Source of the DNA: Oculina patagonica
Taxonomy: Eukaryota
Length of the DNA: 63,506 bases
NCBI RefSeq assembly: GCF_052425735.1
Contig: NC_135759.1
Coordinates: 2,046,495 to 2,110,000, forward strand
Reading direction: 5' to 3'
Numbering within the stretch: position 1 is the first letter of the stretch; every line of letters begins with the position of its first letter. The position numbers and the translations under genes were made by a program. The notes below the pieces were generated by a model. The model did no database searches and was not told where the DNA came from. It was given only the letters and a program-made list of their open reading frames with translations. Shown in pieces: positions 33,317-44,974 of the stretch.

Positions 33317-36300
33317 GAGGCCCGAGGAAAGGAAGGATGGAACCCGAAGAAATTGGGTATAAAACTCATTTGGATGAGAAAAAGAAAACAATAACTAGCA
33401 TATATGAAAAAATATCGTAAAAATGCAAAGTTCTCGATATTCCTATAAGAGCAATTTTCAATGCTTTGAATCGAAATAAACGTAGAATAATAGCTTTATC
33501 TTTCTTCTTTCAAGCATCAGGCACTTTTAATTTTTTCTAGCTATCTTAAGATTTACATCGCCTTTTAAAATATTGCTCTATCAAGCACTTCGGGAAACGG
33601 CAAAAACTGAGAAACTTTAGAGGCCGAAAAAGCACCTTGATATGTCCGATAGCGAGTTAAACTAAACACTGTGCAAAAGCTCGATGTCTCTACTATTATA
33701 ATATCAAATAAAAAATCTGGGTACTCGAGATTCACACCCATAAGAAACGAAAGTTCACGACGTATTCGTGCGTATTTGCATATTCTTATTTTGAAAGACG
33801 TCCCCCGCTAAGAGATCTGCTTCGCTTTATTTCCATTTGGAAGAAATGATTGCAAAAATAAAGCAAGTTTAAACTCGCTTTTATTTTTCGTCTTATGCTA
33901 TACTTAGGTTATATAGAGGTTCAGAAAGAAGAAAAGAGTAAAAATTATCGACTGAGTTCCTCATTGCGTGACCTGTGTCACGTGCATGTTCTGAAATTTT
34001 TGTCAAAGATCGGAGGAAAGATTATTAGTTTGTTTAGATTCTGGCACTTCAAAATTTAAGAAATAAACAGTTAGATCATTTCATTCACTTACCTGAAATT
34101 GGAATATATAAATATTTTATTTACTCACGTTACTTAAGTCAAAAATAGAACGCATGCATGTAGTAAGGAATTATTAATTAACTTGGAAGTTTACTTTTTA
34201 GTGTACATAAATGTACACAAATATTAAAACTGTCATGTACATATATCGCCGTTCTTCCGTTCAGTTGTCATGTATGGAATAAAATGCCAAAAGTTTTCTA
34301 TCTTGTTTTACAATAACTATAAAAAAAAGTCTTTGATCGTGCAAAATCCATTCATTCCGTCAGATCACAAAATTAAATTAAACTTTCCTTTGAGAGACCG
34401 AACACGTACACAGCGACAGGACATTTAACACGAAAGCAAGAACTTTCTCGGCTAAAATTCAAAACTATAATGCCCCTTTGCAGTTTTGCCTCTTTTGTTG
34501 GTGGGGCTTGTGGCCCAAGCCCACACAATCCAGAAGTTGTTCAATATGTAAATTTAAAAGACTGTGACCTGGATGTCAAAGCACATTTAAAGTATTGTAA
34601 CATCTTGACCAATACGGACAGCATTGATAACGAAAAAAATTGTTGCTTACCCGTGCAGGTAAGGTTAAATGAATATTTTTTTCTTGGAATCACACTACTG
34701 TATAACTAAACTGTGAATTGATACAAGCTGACCTATCCGATACATCTAGGGATTTTCGTAGGGCAAGAATGCCAAGAATACATGACGATTTGCCCAAAGC
34801 ACAGAAATACGCTCGGTATTCGCTGGCGAACTGGGAAGACAAAATGTTCTGTACCAACTGAAGTTGCGGGTCACAAGTCCTCCTTTACCCGGGGTGACCG
34901 AGGAATAGATAGCAAGAAATCTTGGTTTGTGTTTAAAGAAACGGGCATGCTTGTTCCAGCAAGTTTAAGTTGCAATCCGTACGTTTTCATCCGAGCCATC
35001 CGCAGCCAAAGATGCGCGTAAACAGCTTAACAGCTTCAATGCTCTAATATATAAAATGGACTATTATTTTTAGGTTTCCTGCGACACAAATTTTAATTTC
35101 GGGCTGTTCAAAAATCTGGTAAAATCCGTGACATATATATAGTCGCTTTGGATAATTAGTTATTGTAGTCACTGACTTCTCATTCGCTAAGAGCCTAGAG
35201 TAAATTATAATTCTGGGAATCGACGCAACATACAGATTATTCACTAATCTTCTAACAGCTTAGTGAATAATCTGTAGGTTGCATTGATGTCCAGAATTAA
35301 CTGAATACAAGAAAAGATTGCGAGACATGTGCATGTGACATTCCAACGTAATTTTATTAAAATGAGCCAATCAGAGGGAGATCGCTCGTCCTTCGCTCGA
35401 GCTCACGTGTCACTTCGTTCGCAGAATGGTAATTTCTAGCGGCTGCCGGCGTTGCAAGTTGCAAATAAAAATTGCGGACGTGTGACTCTCCTTCGTCAAA
35501 TTGCAATGATTTTAGTCATCATCGCTGCGTTACAAGTTTTAAGGAAAATTGCCCCGTGAAACATGTCCTTAATCAGTAGGTTACGCCGATTCCCAGAATT
35601 AATTAACTGTAGGCTCTTATACACGTAAACAAATTAACGGCAAACAATTTCAACATTTGTGTCCTTCTCGTCTTCCGGCTGCTGGATGCTTTCTTCCTTA
35701 AGGTTTTCGTGGAACAGCTCCTTCGCAATTTTTGGTAGCTTCTTTTTGTTGTCCGTTTCTTTCTGTTTCACAAGTTTTTAAATTTTCATCGGTCGAATTG
35801 AAGAAGCGAATCAGTGAACCATGAATTCACTTCACTTTCATATAAAAGCAATTATTAATTCGGTTTTTGCTATAATTAGAATTATCAAGGTCTCCATTAG
35901 TGTTATCAGCACTTGTTTTGGCCTTGATTTGCAAAAGCCTCATCCGCACGGACTGAGTGATACGAAGGTTTAAAGGATCTCAGCTAGCCGATGGATGCAA
36001 ATGTATGTCAAGTTAGATTGGAGATTGTACGCTTTGATATTTTTCCAAGCAGTTTTTCCATTTTCACGGAATGAATAATTTTTGTGGCTGTTTTATACAG
36101 GATACAAAACTTCAAAACTCTCCTCAAGTTAACGGCAATAACATGAAATCTTAGCTTTGAGTAAAACTTAAAGGTCAAACTTGCCGGAAACTTGAACTTG
36201 ATATTGCTATAACTTGATATTATCTTAAGCAAGGATTGTAAATATCAACATACCGCAAGCCTTCCCTTTTTTAGTAAGAAAACGGACGTTTGCGACTAAG

Positions 36301-37180
36301 TGCCTTAAACTAATAGTAATACCATGCTCTAAATAGTGGAAGTTTTAAAGCATAAAGAAGTTAGTTTATACTTTTGTTGAATTGTTAATAAAAATATATT
36401 AATAGCGTGACGCGGGTCACGTAATGGCGACTACTCTCAATCTAATTTGTAAATTTATATTCGGTAAATGTTAACAGAATGTTAGCGCAAACCAAGATTG
36501 ATATAGAACAGAATAAAAAACACGCTATGATGTCTATTTCTTGAAAATCGTAGCCTACAAATGGAAATAAAACAGACCAGAACAGTCAACGGAGGACGTC
36601 TTTATAAAATAGCATTATGCAAATTAGACACGAGTACGTCGTGAACTTGCGTTTCTTATCGGTGTGAATCTCGAGTACCCAGATTTTTTATTTGATATTA
36701 TAATAGTAGAGACATCGAGCTTTTGCACAGTGTTTAGTTTGACTCGCTATCGGACATATCAAGGTGCTTTTTCGGCCTCTAAAGTTTCTCAACTTTTGCC
36801 GTTTCCCGAAGTGCTTGATAGAGCAATATTTTAAAAGGCGATGAAAATCTTAAAATAGCTAGAAAAAATTAAAAGTGTATGTTGCTTGAAAGAAGAAAGA
36901 TAAAGCTATTATTCTACGTTTATTTCGATTCAATGCATTGAAAATTGCTCTTATAGGAATATCGAGAACTTTGCCATTTTTACGTATATTTTTTGCATAT
37001 TTAATGAGCTAAAAACCGTTATTTTCGTTTTTTCTTAATTTCTCGAAAACCAAAAATTCCCAGAAGATGAGAATAATATTTTCGAACATAGTTCCCCAAA
37101 GGTGTTCTTCGGGCAAAGTTTCAAGATTTTCGATTTTCCCAGCCTGTCCAACGATTCTCCATATTCTCCGTCGGAGCCTC
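33317..37180. mobile_element. Sola3-like non-autonomous DNA transposon with long TIRs
   Basis: Near-perfect inverted arms ~33410-33785 / ~36618-36990; termini GAGGC...GCCTC; TTAA at the right junction; internal degenerate coding exons. Confidence 0.7.
34470..34960 (+). pseudogene. Truncated Cys/His-rich N-terminal transposon ORF (exons ~34470-34658 and 34750-34960)
   Basis: MPLCSF..CGP ... (frameshift in A-run) LLLTRAG|IF..TICPKHRNTLGIRW..KCSVP..GH, GT-AG intron; cut off by a TTAA-MITE fragment at ~34960. Confidence 0.6.
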
Positions 37181-37478
37181 TTAAAAATTGCTATATTACA
37201 GCAATGAAACTATTAACGGGCATCTTTAGCTGCGGATGGCTCGGATGGAAACGGATTGCATTTTGAAAAAGTTAGACAAACGTTTTCAAGTTGTTTCGCG
37301 CGTCTTCGAAATATCGATATTTATAGCCGTAGCTTGATTTCTATACGCAAATTAAGGTTATATATTCCTTTAGATGTTCAAAGATAACGTTTATTTAGAG
37401 TTATAAAGTTGCCAACCACGAATTTCAGAAAAGTTTAGACCAAAAATCTGCGAAATCCCCGTGATATAGTCCCTTTAA
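37181..37478. mobile_element. Half of a TTAA-family MITE into which the Sola3-like element inserted
   Basis: Reverse complement of the 22621-22920 part of the family; ends CCCGTGATATAGTCCCTTTAA. Confidence 0.7.
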
Positions 37479-37782
37479 TAGGAGCGAACTCAGCCTCACT
37501 CTTAGCAAAGGAGATACAATGTATGCATCTTTTTACATCTGCTTTCGTTGAATTAAAACTTCTTCTCGTCGGATTTGGCCACCAGAGTATACGAAATAAA
37601 AAAGACAAGAAGCGGCAAGCATTTATCCGATCAATTCCTTCAGTGAGAATTTTATTACTCGTGAAACTTCCGCGAACACCTCGGAAGAAAGTAGTCTGGG
37701 ACCGAGGCAGGTGCTCGAAGACGTTGTATGCAAATACGAACATTGGCTAATTACCAACATTTAATCAAGTATATGTCAGGTA

Positions 37783-38328
37783 TACCGTATTTACTCGAAT
37801 AAGCGCCGCGGCGCTTATTAAATTTTTCACGTCTCAGGTGCGGCGCTTATTCGAGGGCGGCGCTTATTTGAGGGCGGCGCTTATTTAAAATTTGGAAGCC
37901 ACAATAGTCTTATCTTTTACAGTTATTGAAAAGAGCGTCTTTTGATTGACAGTATTTGTCTCTTGCTGAGACAGAAGTGGCGCTAGCTGTCCTGGCAAAG
38001 GTTGACGGCCTACGCAACATTTACAGAACAACGCATTGTTAGAGTGTTGAATAGAAAAACTAATGGGAGAGCGAAAAAACAATCACTCGTAACTGCAAAA
38101 CATCGCTTTTGATGCAAAAAAATGTTCAAGCTTGTCTTAGAGTTGCTTTGTAGTACCGTTTTAAGTTAAACGAAATTCTTCAAATAAGCGCCGCATCGAG
38201 ACTGCGGCGCTTATTCGGGGGCGGCGCTTTTTAACTTTTTTGTCCTAAATGCGGCGCTTATTCGAGGGCGGCGCTTATTCGGGGGCGGCGCTTATTCGGG
38301 GGCGGCGCTTATTCGAGTAAATACGGTA
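37783..38328. mobile_element. MITE, TIR TACCGTATTTACTCGAATAAGCGCCG, internal GCGGCGCTTATT repeats
   Basis: Perfect TIRs; inverted homologue at 53207-54009. Confidence 0.9.
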
Positions 38329-38992
38329 TACGCTTTTAGAAATATCTGGTGCAAACATCCTTTCTAAACGTTATGAAAGAAGTTAAACAAAGTTCAGTGT
38401 CCGTTGACACAAGATTGTTAATGGCCGGATGGCAAAATTTGTTCACTGAAAAATTCAAAATACAAATGAGTTCTCGTTTAAACAAACTTCCGATTGGACA
38501 AAAGAATAAAAAAGAATTAAGTCTTATTTCAGGTCCTTTGCAAAACAGAGGTAATTATCAGCCATCAAGTTTTTAATTCTGCCGGCTATGACGGAAAACA
38601 AAAGGTGATATTTTTATTATTGCCTATATTTCTAGCATGCTTTCAGTCAATGCTATGTCACTTGTGAAATTAATCAAAAGTTTAATTAATTTTTTTCTGC
38701 TCTTTCTGAAGTCTGCTGCTGCCGCTGCCAGCGGATCGATCAAGTCATTCATAAGACAAACATCATAATAAAGCTAATGTTTTCCAAAAAAGCTAATAGA
38801 AGGTTCGACAGGCACTTTATTAATGTGCGATTGGTTTTGCTATAAACAGATGAAACATGAAACCAGATGAAATGGTTTCGATCCTGCAGAAGGAAAGTAA
38901 AAATATCTTAAGTCTCTTAGAACGTTTAAGCAGTTTCCGTTGAAACGTTTTCATCGTAAGAAGTCTCGTAAGCTTGGTTCGCAGAGACAGCC

Positions 38993-39919
38993 ATGACAAG
39001 CCTGGTTAACCAAAGTCTAAACGACACAGAGCGACCCCCGATCGAAGCTTATCGGCAAGCGAGCGATTTAAACAACCTCATAGCTGGTTGTGTTATAAAT
39101 GCCGTGTTTTCTGTTACCGCATTCACAGGAAATGGCCTCATTCTTGGCACGATCTGGAAAACACCTGCCTTGCAGTCGCCTTCGAACATTCTTCTCTTCG
39201 GGCTCGCCTTGTCTGATTTTGGCGTTGGTCTAATCGTGCAACCGCTTTATGTAACATGCTTGATGGTTGAAATGATCACAAAGAAATATTTGCTTGTCTT
39301 TTGGACAGCTTACAGAGTAACACAAGCAGTCTTTGTAGCCGCGACTGTCTTGACGCTAACAGCTGTGAGCGTCGATAGATTTCTTGCCCTGTATCTCCAT
39401 TTAAGATATGCATCCGTTGTGACAAGCAAACGTGCCATAATTGTGTTGCTTGCAATCTGGATAGCAAGTGTAGCCTACGCTTTGACGCTCATAACACACA
39501 TCGACCTGCATCGTGCCCTGTGTGTCATCATCGTTTTGTCCTCGTTGCTCGTTAATTCTTTTGTTTATGTGATGATTTTCCGAATCGCCCGATTTCATCA
39601 AAACCAGACGCACGACCAAGTAAACGTTTACGGAGATGAAACTTTGAGTAAGAAACGTCACAGAAAGTCTGCCATCAGCATGTTTGTGGTATTCCTTTTA
39701 ATGTGCCTCTGTTACTTACCTTATCTTTGCATACGAATTGCCGTCAAGCATGCGCACTGGCATGCCAGCGTGGTTCGACTCGCTCTCAGTTGGTCTGCTG
39801 TCATTGTTTACATCAACTCATCTCTCAACCCATTAGTATACTGTTGGCGCATGCGTGACCTGCGAACAGCGATGAAGGACTTTACGAGGAACCACTTGTT
39901 TTGCAATGGTTGGTTGTAA
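38993..39919 (+). CDS. Intact single-exon class A (rhodopsin-like) GPCR, adenosine/melanocortin-receptor-like, 308 aa
   Basis: Seven hydrophobic segments; GN, LALSDFGVG, SVDRF, CYLPY, NSSLNPLVYCWR; N-terminal N-glycosylation sequons. Confidence 0.93.
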   Translation: MTSLVNQSLNDTERPPIEAYRQASDLNNLIAGCVINAVFSVTAFTGNGLILGTIWKTPALQSPSNILLFGLALSDFGVGLIVQPLYVTCLMVEMITKKYLLVFWTAYRVTQAVFVAATVLTLTAVSVDRFLALYLHLRYASVVTSKRAIIVLLAIWIASVAYALTLITHIDLHRALCVIIVLSSLLVNSFVYVMIFRIARFHQNQTHDQVNVYGDETLSKKRHRKSAISMFVVFLLMCLCYLPYLCIRIAVKHAHWHASVVRLALSWSAVIVYINSSLNPLVYCWRMRDLRTAMKDFTRNHLFCNGWL

Positions 39920-41886
39920 TGTAAAATGTGAGTGCTGGAAAATCAAAGGAAGATCCCTGCATAGAAGTAAGCCGAAACACAGGAGGTGAAGGCAAACGCT
40001 GAAAAACAGCAACTAGCAAGGGAAAGAAGTGCTTCATACTGTTCTTTTTCGTTTCTATTGTAGCACTGGCCGAGATAATTTAGTTATGTTATATTTATTT
40101 CCACAGCTGGAGTTGTCTCCGAATTTGTAAACCGGGCGTCGGCCAATTGATCAGTTTTCAATTGAGCATCGAAAAACCAAACGCACAGTAATTACTCTGA
40201 CCAATCACAAAGAACACAGACAATCCAGTGAGCCAATCAAAACTCAAAGCAAATACATGTCGCAAGCACGAAGCGCGGGACTAAGTTCTGATAAGCTAAA
40301 AAAAGTGGCGCGAGATTTTTAAAACCAATCACTAAGCGTAGTAATGCAAAACCAAAGCAAACGCAAGTTACTTTCGACAATCAAGTAAAAACCGCTCTAT
40401 GTAAATATTATCTGGACTACTAGACTTTCTAAAAGTCGTTCGCTTATCGTTTCCGGTTTGGTGGTAGAGATAAGGAACGCCTTGGCAGCGAACAGGAGCC
40501 GGCACAGAACTAAAAATTCAGAGAGGACTGCAAAAGTAATTCCTAAAATTATTAGATAATTAGTAAATTAAACATCTGAAGTGGCTAACCCTTTAAGAGT
40601 TATGAGGTGGGGGTGGGGTGGCTGGAAATTATCTTTTAAGTGAGGGGCATGCCACAAATTATGGCTTATGACTTATGACAGTTTCTCTTTTCTTTGACAC
40701 AATAAGTGACAATTACAAACAAACTTTACACAATTTTTGTCTTTAAAAAAATTTGCACAAACATTTGTTTTAACAAAGAGCTCTTCGAGCCACGACTGAA
40801 TTTTTTGCCAAGTTTTAAAGATAAGCTTTCATTCCTTTTTCTCTTTTTTTTTCCTTTTTTTAATCCGTAACACTAAAATGGTTTGTTTATTATATCGCTC
40901 CGCAGTGTTGAAGTAGAAACGTCGGGGATTAGTGGTAACCACTCCAACACTCGGTTTTCTGCCAACTTACTTTATTAGGTTTCACAAACTGTTCTGGTCA
41001 GCAACTTTTACAACTCTGCACGATAGATCTTGCTCGCGTGCTTATAAAGGCGCCAAACGTGAGCTGTCAATCAACTGCCAAAAACACTAAACTTACAAAT
41101 TTAGGCTTACGCAAGTTCATGCGCAGCTCGTTTTACATTTAACTGCGACTGCGTCGTACGCCACCTTGGCCACGAACCTTCGAAAAAGTTTCTTTCCAAA
41201 TGATCTTTCTTTTCTCAAGTTTTAGTATCATGACAGGCAAGTTTGGTCCAAACAAGAACGCGCGAGCATTATAAAGTTTACAAGGAACATGTTTACAAGA
41301 TAATAGTTAAGAGTAGTGCTAATATTTACAATAAAGGTTGTTGTTGAAATTTTAGGAAAGGCTTAGGTGTTACAAGAATACACTTGCGAAATACAGTTTC
41401 GTGGGAGGGGTTTACCCCTAGAAATTATCCATATCATTAAACGTACGTGGACGGGACGGAAACATATCTCATGAGGCATCAATACTTTGGTTTTGCACCT
41501 TTGTGCGAAGTGTGAACGAAATACAAAGGTTACTAAACACTGCAACTAAAACATCGTAAAAAGTCAGTAAAACAAGTAAAGTTTGACAGAAAAATTAGAC
41601 AGAATTTCACTAGTGCGTAATAGAATCTAACGAGACTAGTTTCAAAAAGAACGGTTACAAAAAGTAGCTCCAGAATTTTATCTTATTGTTTTCAACAACA
41701 CCCCTGTGTACACAATCGACTTCTGCAAATAACACAGCTGGAAATAGAAAATATATTTTAAAAATGCAATGATGCCCAAGTAGTATGTTTGTGCCCAATT
41801 CAATCGACAAAGATAGTTTATAAGTTATATTTAAGGTCTACAACTAAAAACAACTAAGTTACATCGGTTACTTTCCTTGTAGTAAA

Positions 41887-42431
41887 TACAGTAGAACCCC
41901 GGTTACTCGAACTCTGAAGGGAAACGAATAATAGTTCGAGTTAGCGGGGTTTCGAGTTATCGGGGTCGACTGAATATTGAATTTGCCAAGTTAATAATTG
42001 ATAGTTTATCGATTTTTCAGTACTTCAGCACACAGTACAGTGCGAATTAAGCTTATCTCGTCAGAAACTCTCACACGATCATACATTTTTATGATAGGAG
42101 TGAAAAAATCACTGTCAGATACGTGATCTATTCGTTGCTCTAATTAAAATCAAATTGCTGTAGTATTCGTTTAAGCTAATGGGATATCAATGTGCATAAG
42201 TGGCGAATTGCAAGAACCACAATTCGAGTTATCGGGGTAAATTTGACCCAAATTTTGATCAAGGGAAACGAAATGTAGTTCGAGTTAGCGGGGTTTTCGA
42301 GTTATCCAAGTTCGAGTTAACCGAGTAAAAATGACTGAAAAGTGGGTTCAAATCCAAGGGAAATGAAAGTTTGTTCGAGTTAGCGGGGTTGTTCGAGTTA
42401 TCCGAGTTCGAGTTACCGAGGTTCTACTGTA
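41887..42431. mobile_element. Tc1/mariner-pogo-type MITE
   Basis: TA-CAGTAGAACC...GGTTCTACTG-TA; internal TTCGAGTTA repeats. Confidence 0.85.
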
Positions 42432-43445
42432 TTTTAGTAATAGATACATATTTCATGTATGATTTGTTTCCTTGGAAACAATACATCTGTTTGTACCATG
42501 GCAAGGTTACAAGAATATAACAACTGATCAGTAAAATTAGAAAGCAAGTCGTACAGTTTTTTATGTCCCTTATTCCTAAAATATTTCAATATTATATTTT
42601 AATGATCCAACACCTAATTATTAACATCAAAAGTATTTTTCACTCAATTAAACACACGAATAAGTATCTAAAGAGAATTTCTATCTCGCTTGCATTTTTT
42701 ATTGTTTTACAGTAGGTATGCATTGCAGAATAATTTACATGTAAGCCGTTTAGTAATAACGCTGTAAATAAATATATCAGAACATATGGACTGCTTCAGG
42801 TACAAATGTAATTGTGCTTTTTTATCTGAAAAGCTTTTCCTTTTCTTGCCAACAAGCAGCCACGCACTCGAAATTAGCCAATGCTCTGGTTTCTAGATAA
42901 ATCCATCGTTGATAAAGCTTATGTGAAACCCGATTTAGTTTTCGAATGCTCCTACAAGTACGACGCTAGCTCGACAGATATATACGAAAGAGATCGATCG
43001 CTACATCGCTTTTGCGGCTCTCGATTTCCACTTTTTCGGCGGTCGAATATTTTCCACACATAATTGTCAGCCATATTTTGTTTCTTTGCTTCTTGTTTTT
43101 CTTGTAAACCCCTTTAAATTTAAAAAGGCCGCCTCTATACCGCCGCCTTGCTACACTCTTTCTTCTAGTATATCTGCTGGTCAGTGGAGTTGCAATGAGA
43201 AGTTTACAGATGATGGACCGACCGACCGACCGACCAACGAGTGCCATTGGGCTAGCTACTAAACTCCTGAATAAATTCAGTCGTAAAAAGGACGAATCTT
43301 TTTCACTAAATTTGATAATAAACGAAGTTCGGCCACCGATGTTCATAAATTAATATAAACCAATGTTCAAGCCTGGAACAAAATTCTTTAAAAGTATCGT
43401 TGAGTTTTTCAGGAAATGACTAAGACTTGCATGAATCCAAAACAG

Positions 43446-43769
43446 GGCATAGTCTAAAACGAGGACTGGACTCTGGACTGGATTCTGGACTCTGGACTCT
43501 GGACTCTGGACTCTGGACTCTGGACTCTGGACTCTGGACTCTGGACTCTGGACTCTGGACTCTGGACTCTGGACTCTGGACTCTGGACTCTGCTGGACTC
43601 TGGACTCTGCTGGACTCTGGACTCTGGACTCTGGACTCTATATGTGATATATGGTCGAGACTTCCTTGTGTTGATCGAGACACCATCGACTCGTTCTCTG
43701 AAACCTTCGTCCATCTTCGGTTAGTGCCGCAAATGAATCCAGAATCCAGTCCAGGTTTTAAACTAAGCC
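43446..43769. mobile_element. MITE with internal (CTCTGGA)n array and ~9-bp TSD (MULE-like)
   Basis: TIR GGCATAGTCTAAAACGAGGACTGGA / TCCAGTCCAGGTTTTAAACTAAGCC; flanks CCAAAACAG and GCAAAACAG. Confidence 0.8.
43465..43638. repeat. Heptanucleotide tandem repeat (CTCTGGA)n
   Basis: More than 20 units, a few carrying a CTG insertion; source of the SPESRVQ/LDSGLWT pseudo-ORFs. Confidence 0.95.
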
Positions 43770-44663
43770 GCAAAACAGTGATTTCCAGAACTTTTTTATT
43801 GGAGCACGCATCTCTGGCAGACGCCAGCAGTAAACCAACGGATTGATTGACGAATTCAGGTAAACAAGCGAGGCTGAAAATCCCTGAATAAAGGAATTTT
43901 GACCTGATGACCAATTGGCGAAGTAAGCAACAACACGCGTGCAAATGTAAGGGGCATAACAGATAATAAGCAAACTTAATAAGACTATCATCGTAGTAAG
44001 AGACTTTCTGTAGCGTTTCATGTCAAAGGCCTCAGGATTCTGCTGCGCCATTGCTTGGTCTTGAATCTGAATTCGGTGGCGTCGACAAATGCGATAAATC
44101 GTTGAACACGTTGATATATTTACCACGATGCAGAAGGCGACGAGGAACATCGAAATGGTGGGGTATATTTTTCCGCCTAACACGAGGGTCACACTGCACA
44201 ATACGCTTGTTACCCAGATCAAGCCAAGTACGTTGACAGTTTTCTTGACGGTAACCACGGCAACATATCTTAGATGCAGTAACAAGGCAAGACATTTGTC
44301 GACACTGACCGATGTGAGTGTCAGTATTGTAGCGGAGATGAAGATGGCTTGTAGAGTCCTGAAGACTATCCATAGATAAGGTAGTTTGATTCCTGTTCTT
44401 AATTCGTAAATCAAGCCTGCAGAGAGCATAGGCTGGACAATCAAACCGACCCCCAGATCGGACAAGGCGAGTCCGAAAAGAAGAACATAACTTGGTTGAT
44501 GTAAAGATGGTGTCCTCCAAATTGCGCCGAGAACGACGAAATTTCCAGTAAACGCAATCAAAGAGGACATCGTGTGTAAGACGACACCAACGATGAAAAA
44601 CCCGGCGTAATTTTCGGCATTACCTGATTTGGGATCATTGCTTTGATTTGTGTGGTTAAACAT
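43758..44663 (-). CDS. Single-exon class A GPCR, 301 aa, inverted paralogue of 28460-29371
   Basis: GN, LALSDLGVG, SVDKC, CYAPY, NSSINPLVYCWR; strong similarity to the 28460 gene, including the upstream region. Confidence 0.92.
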   Translation of the reverse strand: MFNHTNQSNDPKSGNAENYAGFFIVGVVLHTMSSLIAFTGNFVVLGAIWRTPSLHQPSYVLLFGLALSDLGVGLIVQPMLSAGLIYELRTGIKLPYLWIVFRTLQAIFISATILTLTSVSVDKCLALLLHLRYVAVVTVKKTVNVLGLIWVTSVLCSVTLVLGGKIYPTISMFLVAFCIVVNISTCSTIYRICRRHRIQIQDQAMAQQNPEAFDMKRYRKSLTTMIVLLSLLIICYAPYICTRVVAYFANWSSGQNSFIQGFSASLVYLNSSINPLVYCWRLPEMRAPIKKFWKSLFCGLV

Positions 44664-44974
44664 TGCTGTAAACGTTCAAGCTTTGTTGAGTCTGATTGTG
44701 ACTATGAACCACAAGACCGCCCGGGGACCACAAGTAATGAACTCTGTCGCGAACTGTTCTGCTGTAAAGCACCTCAGGTAAATCAAGTTATACTGATTTG
44801 TTGCTCAATATAAAAAAATTGAGAATCAATTACCGAAAGACGTTTTCACTTAAAACTAACTTAAGTCTGCCAAAATTGCATTTCTTTTGTTTCAGAAAAC
44901 AAATTGATTTTTTGTGGGCTTTTAGAAGAAAACTGATAAAGTCACGGACTTGTTAAATATTATGTTATTTTCGT

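Noticed and set aside
43420-43944. SPESRVQ / LDSGLWT repeat ORFs, or a CRISPR-like array
   Set aside because: Heptamer microsatellite within a MITE; no unique spacers; eukaryotic context.
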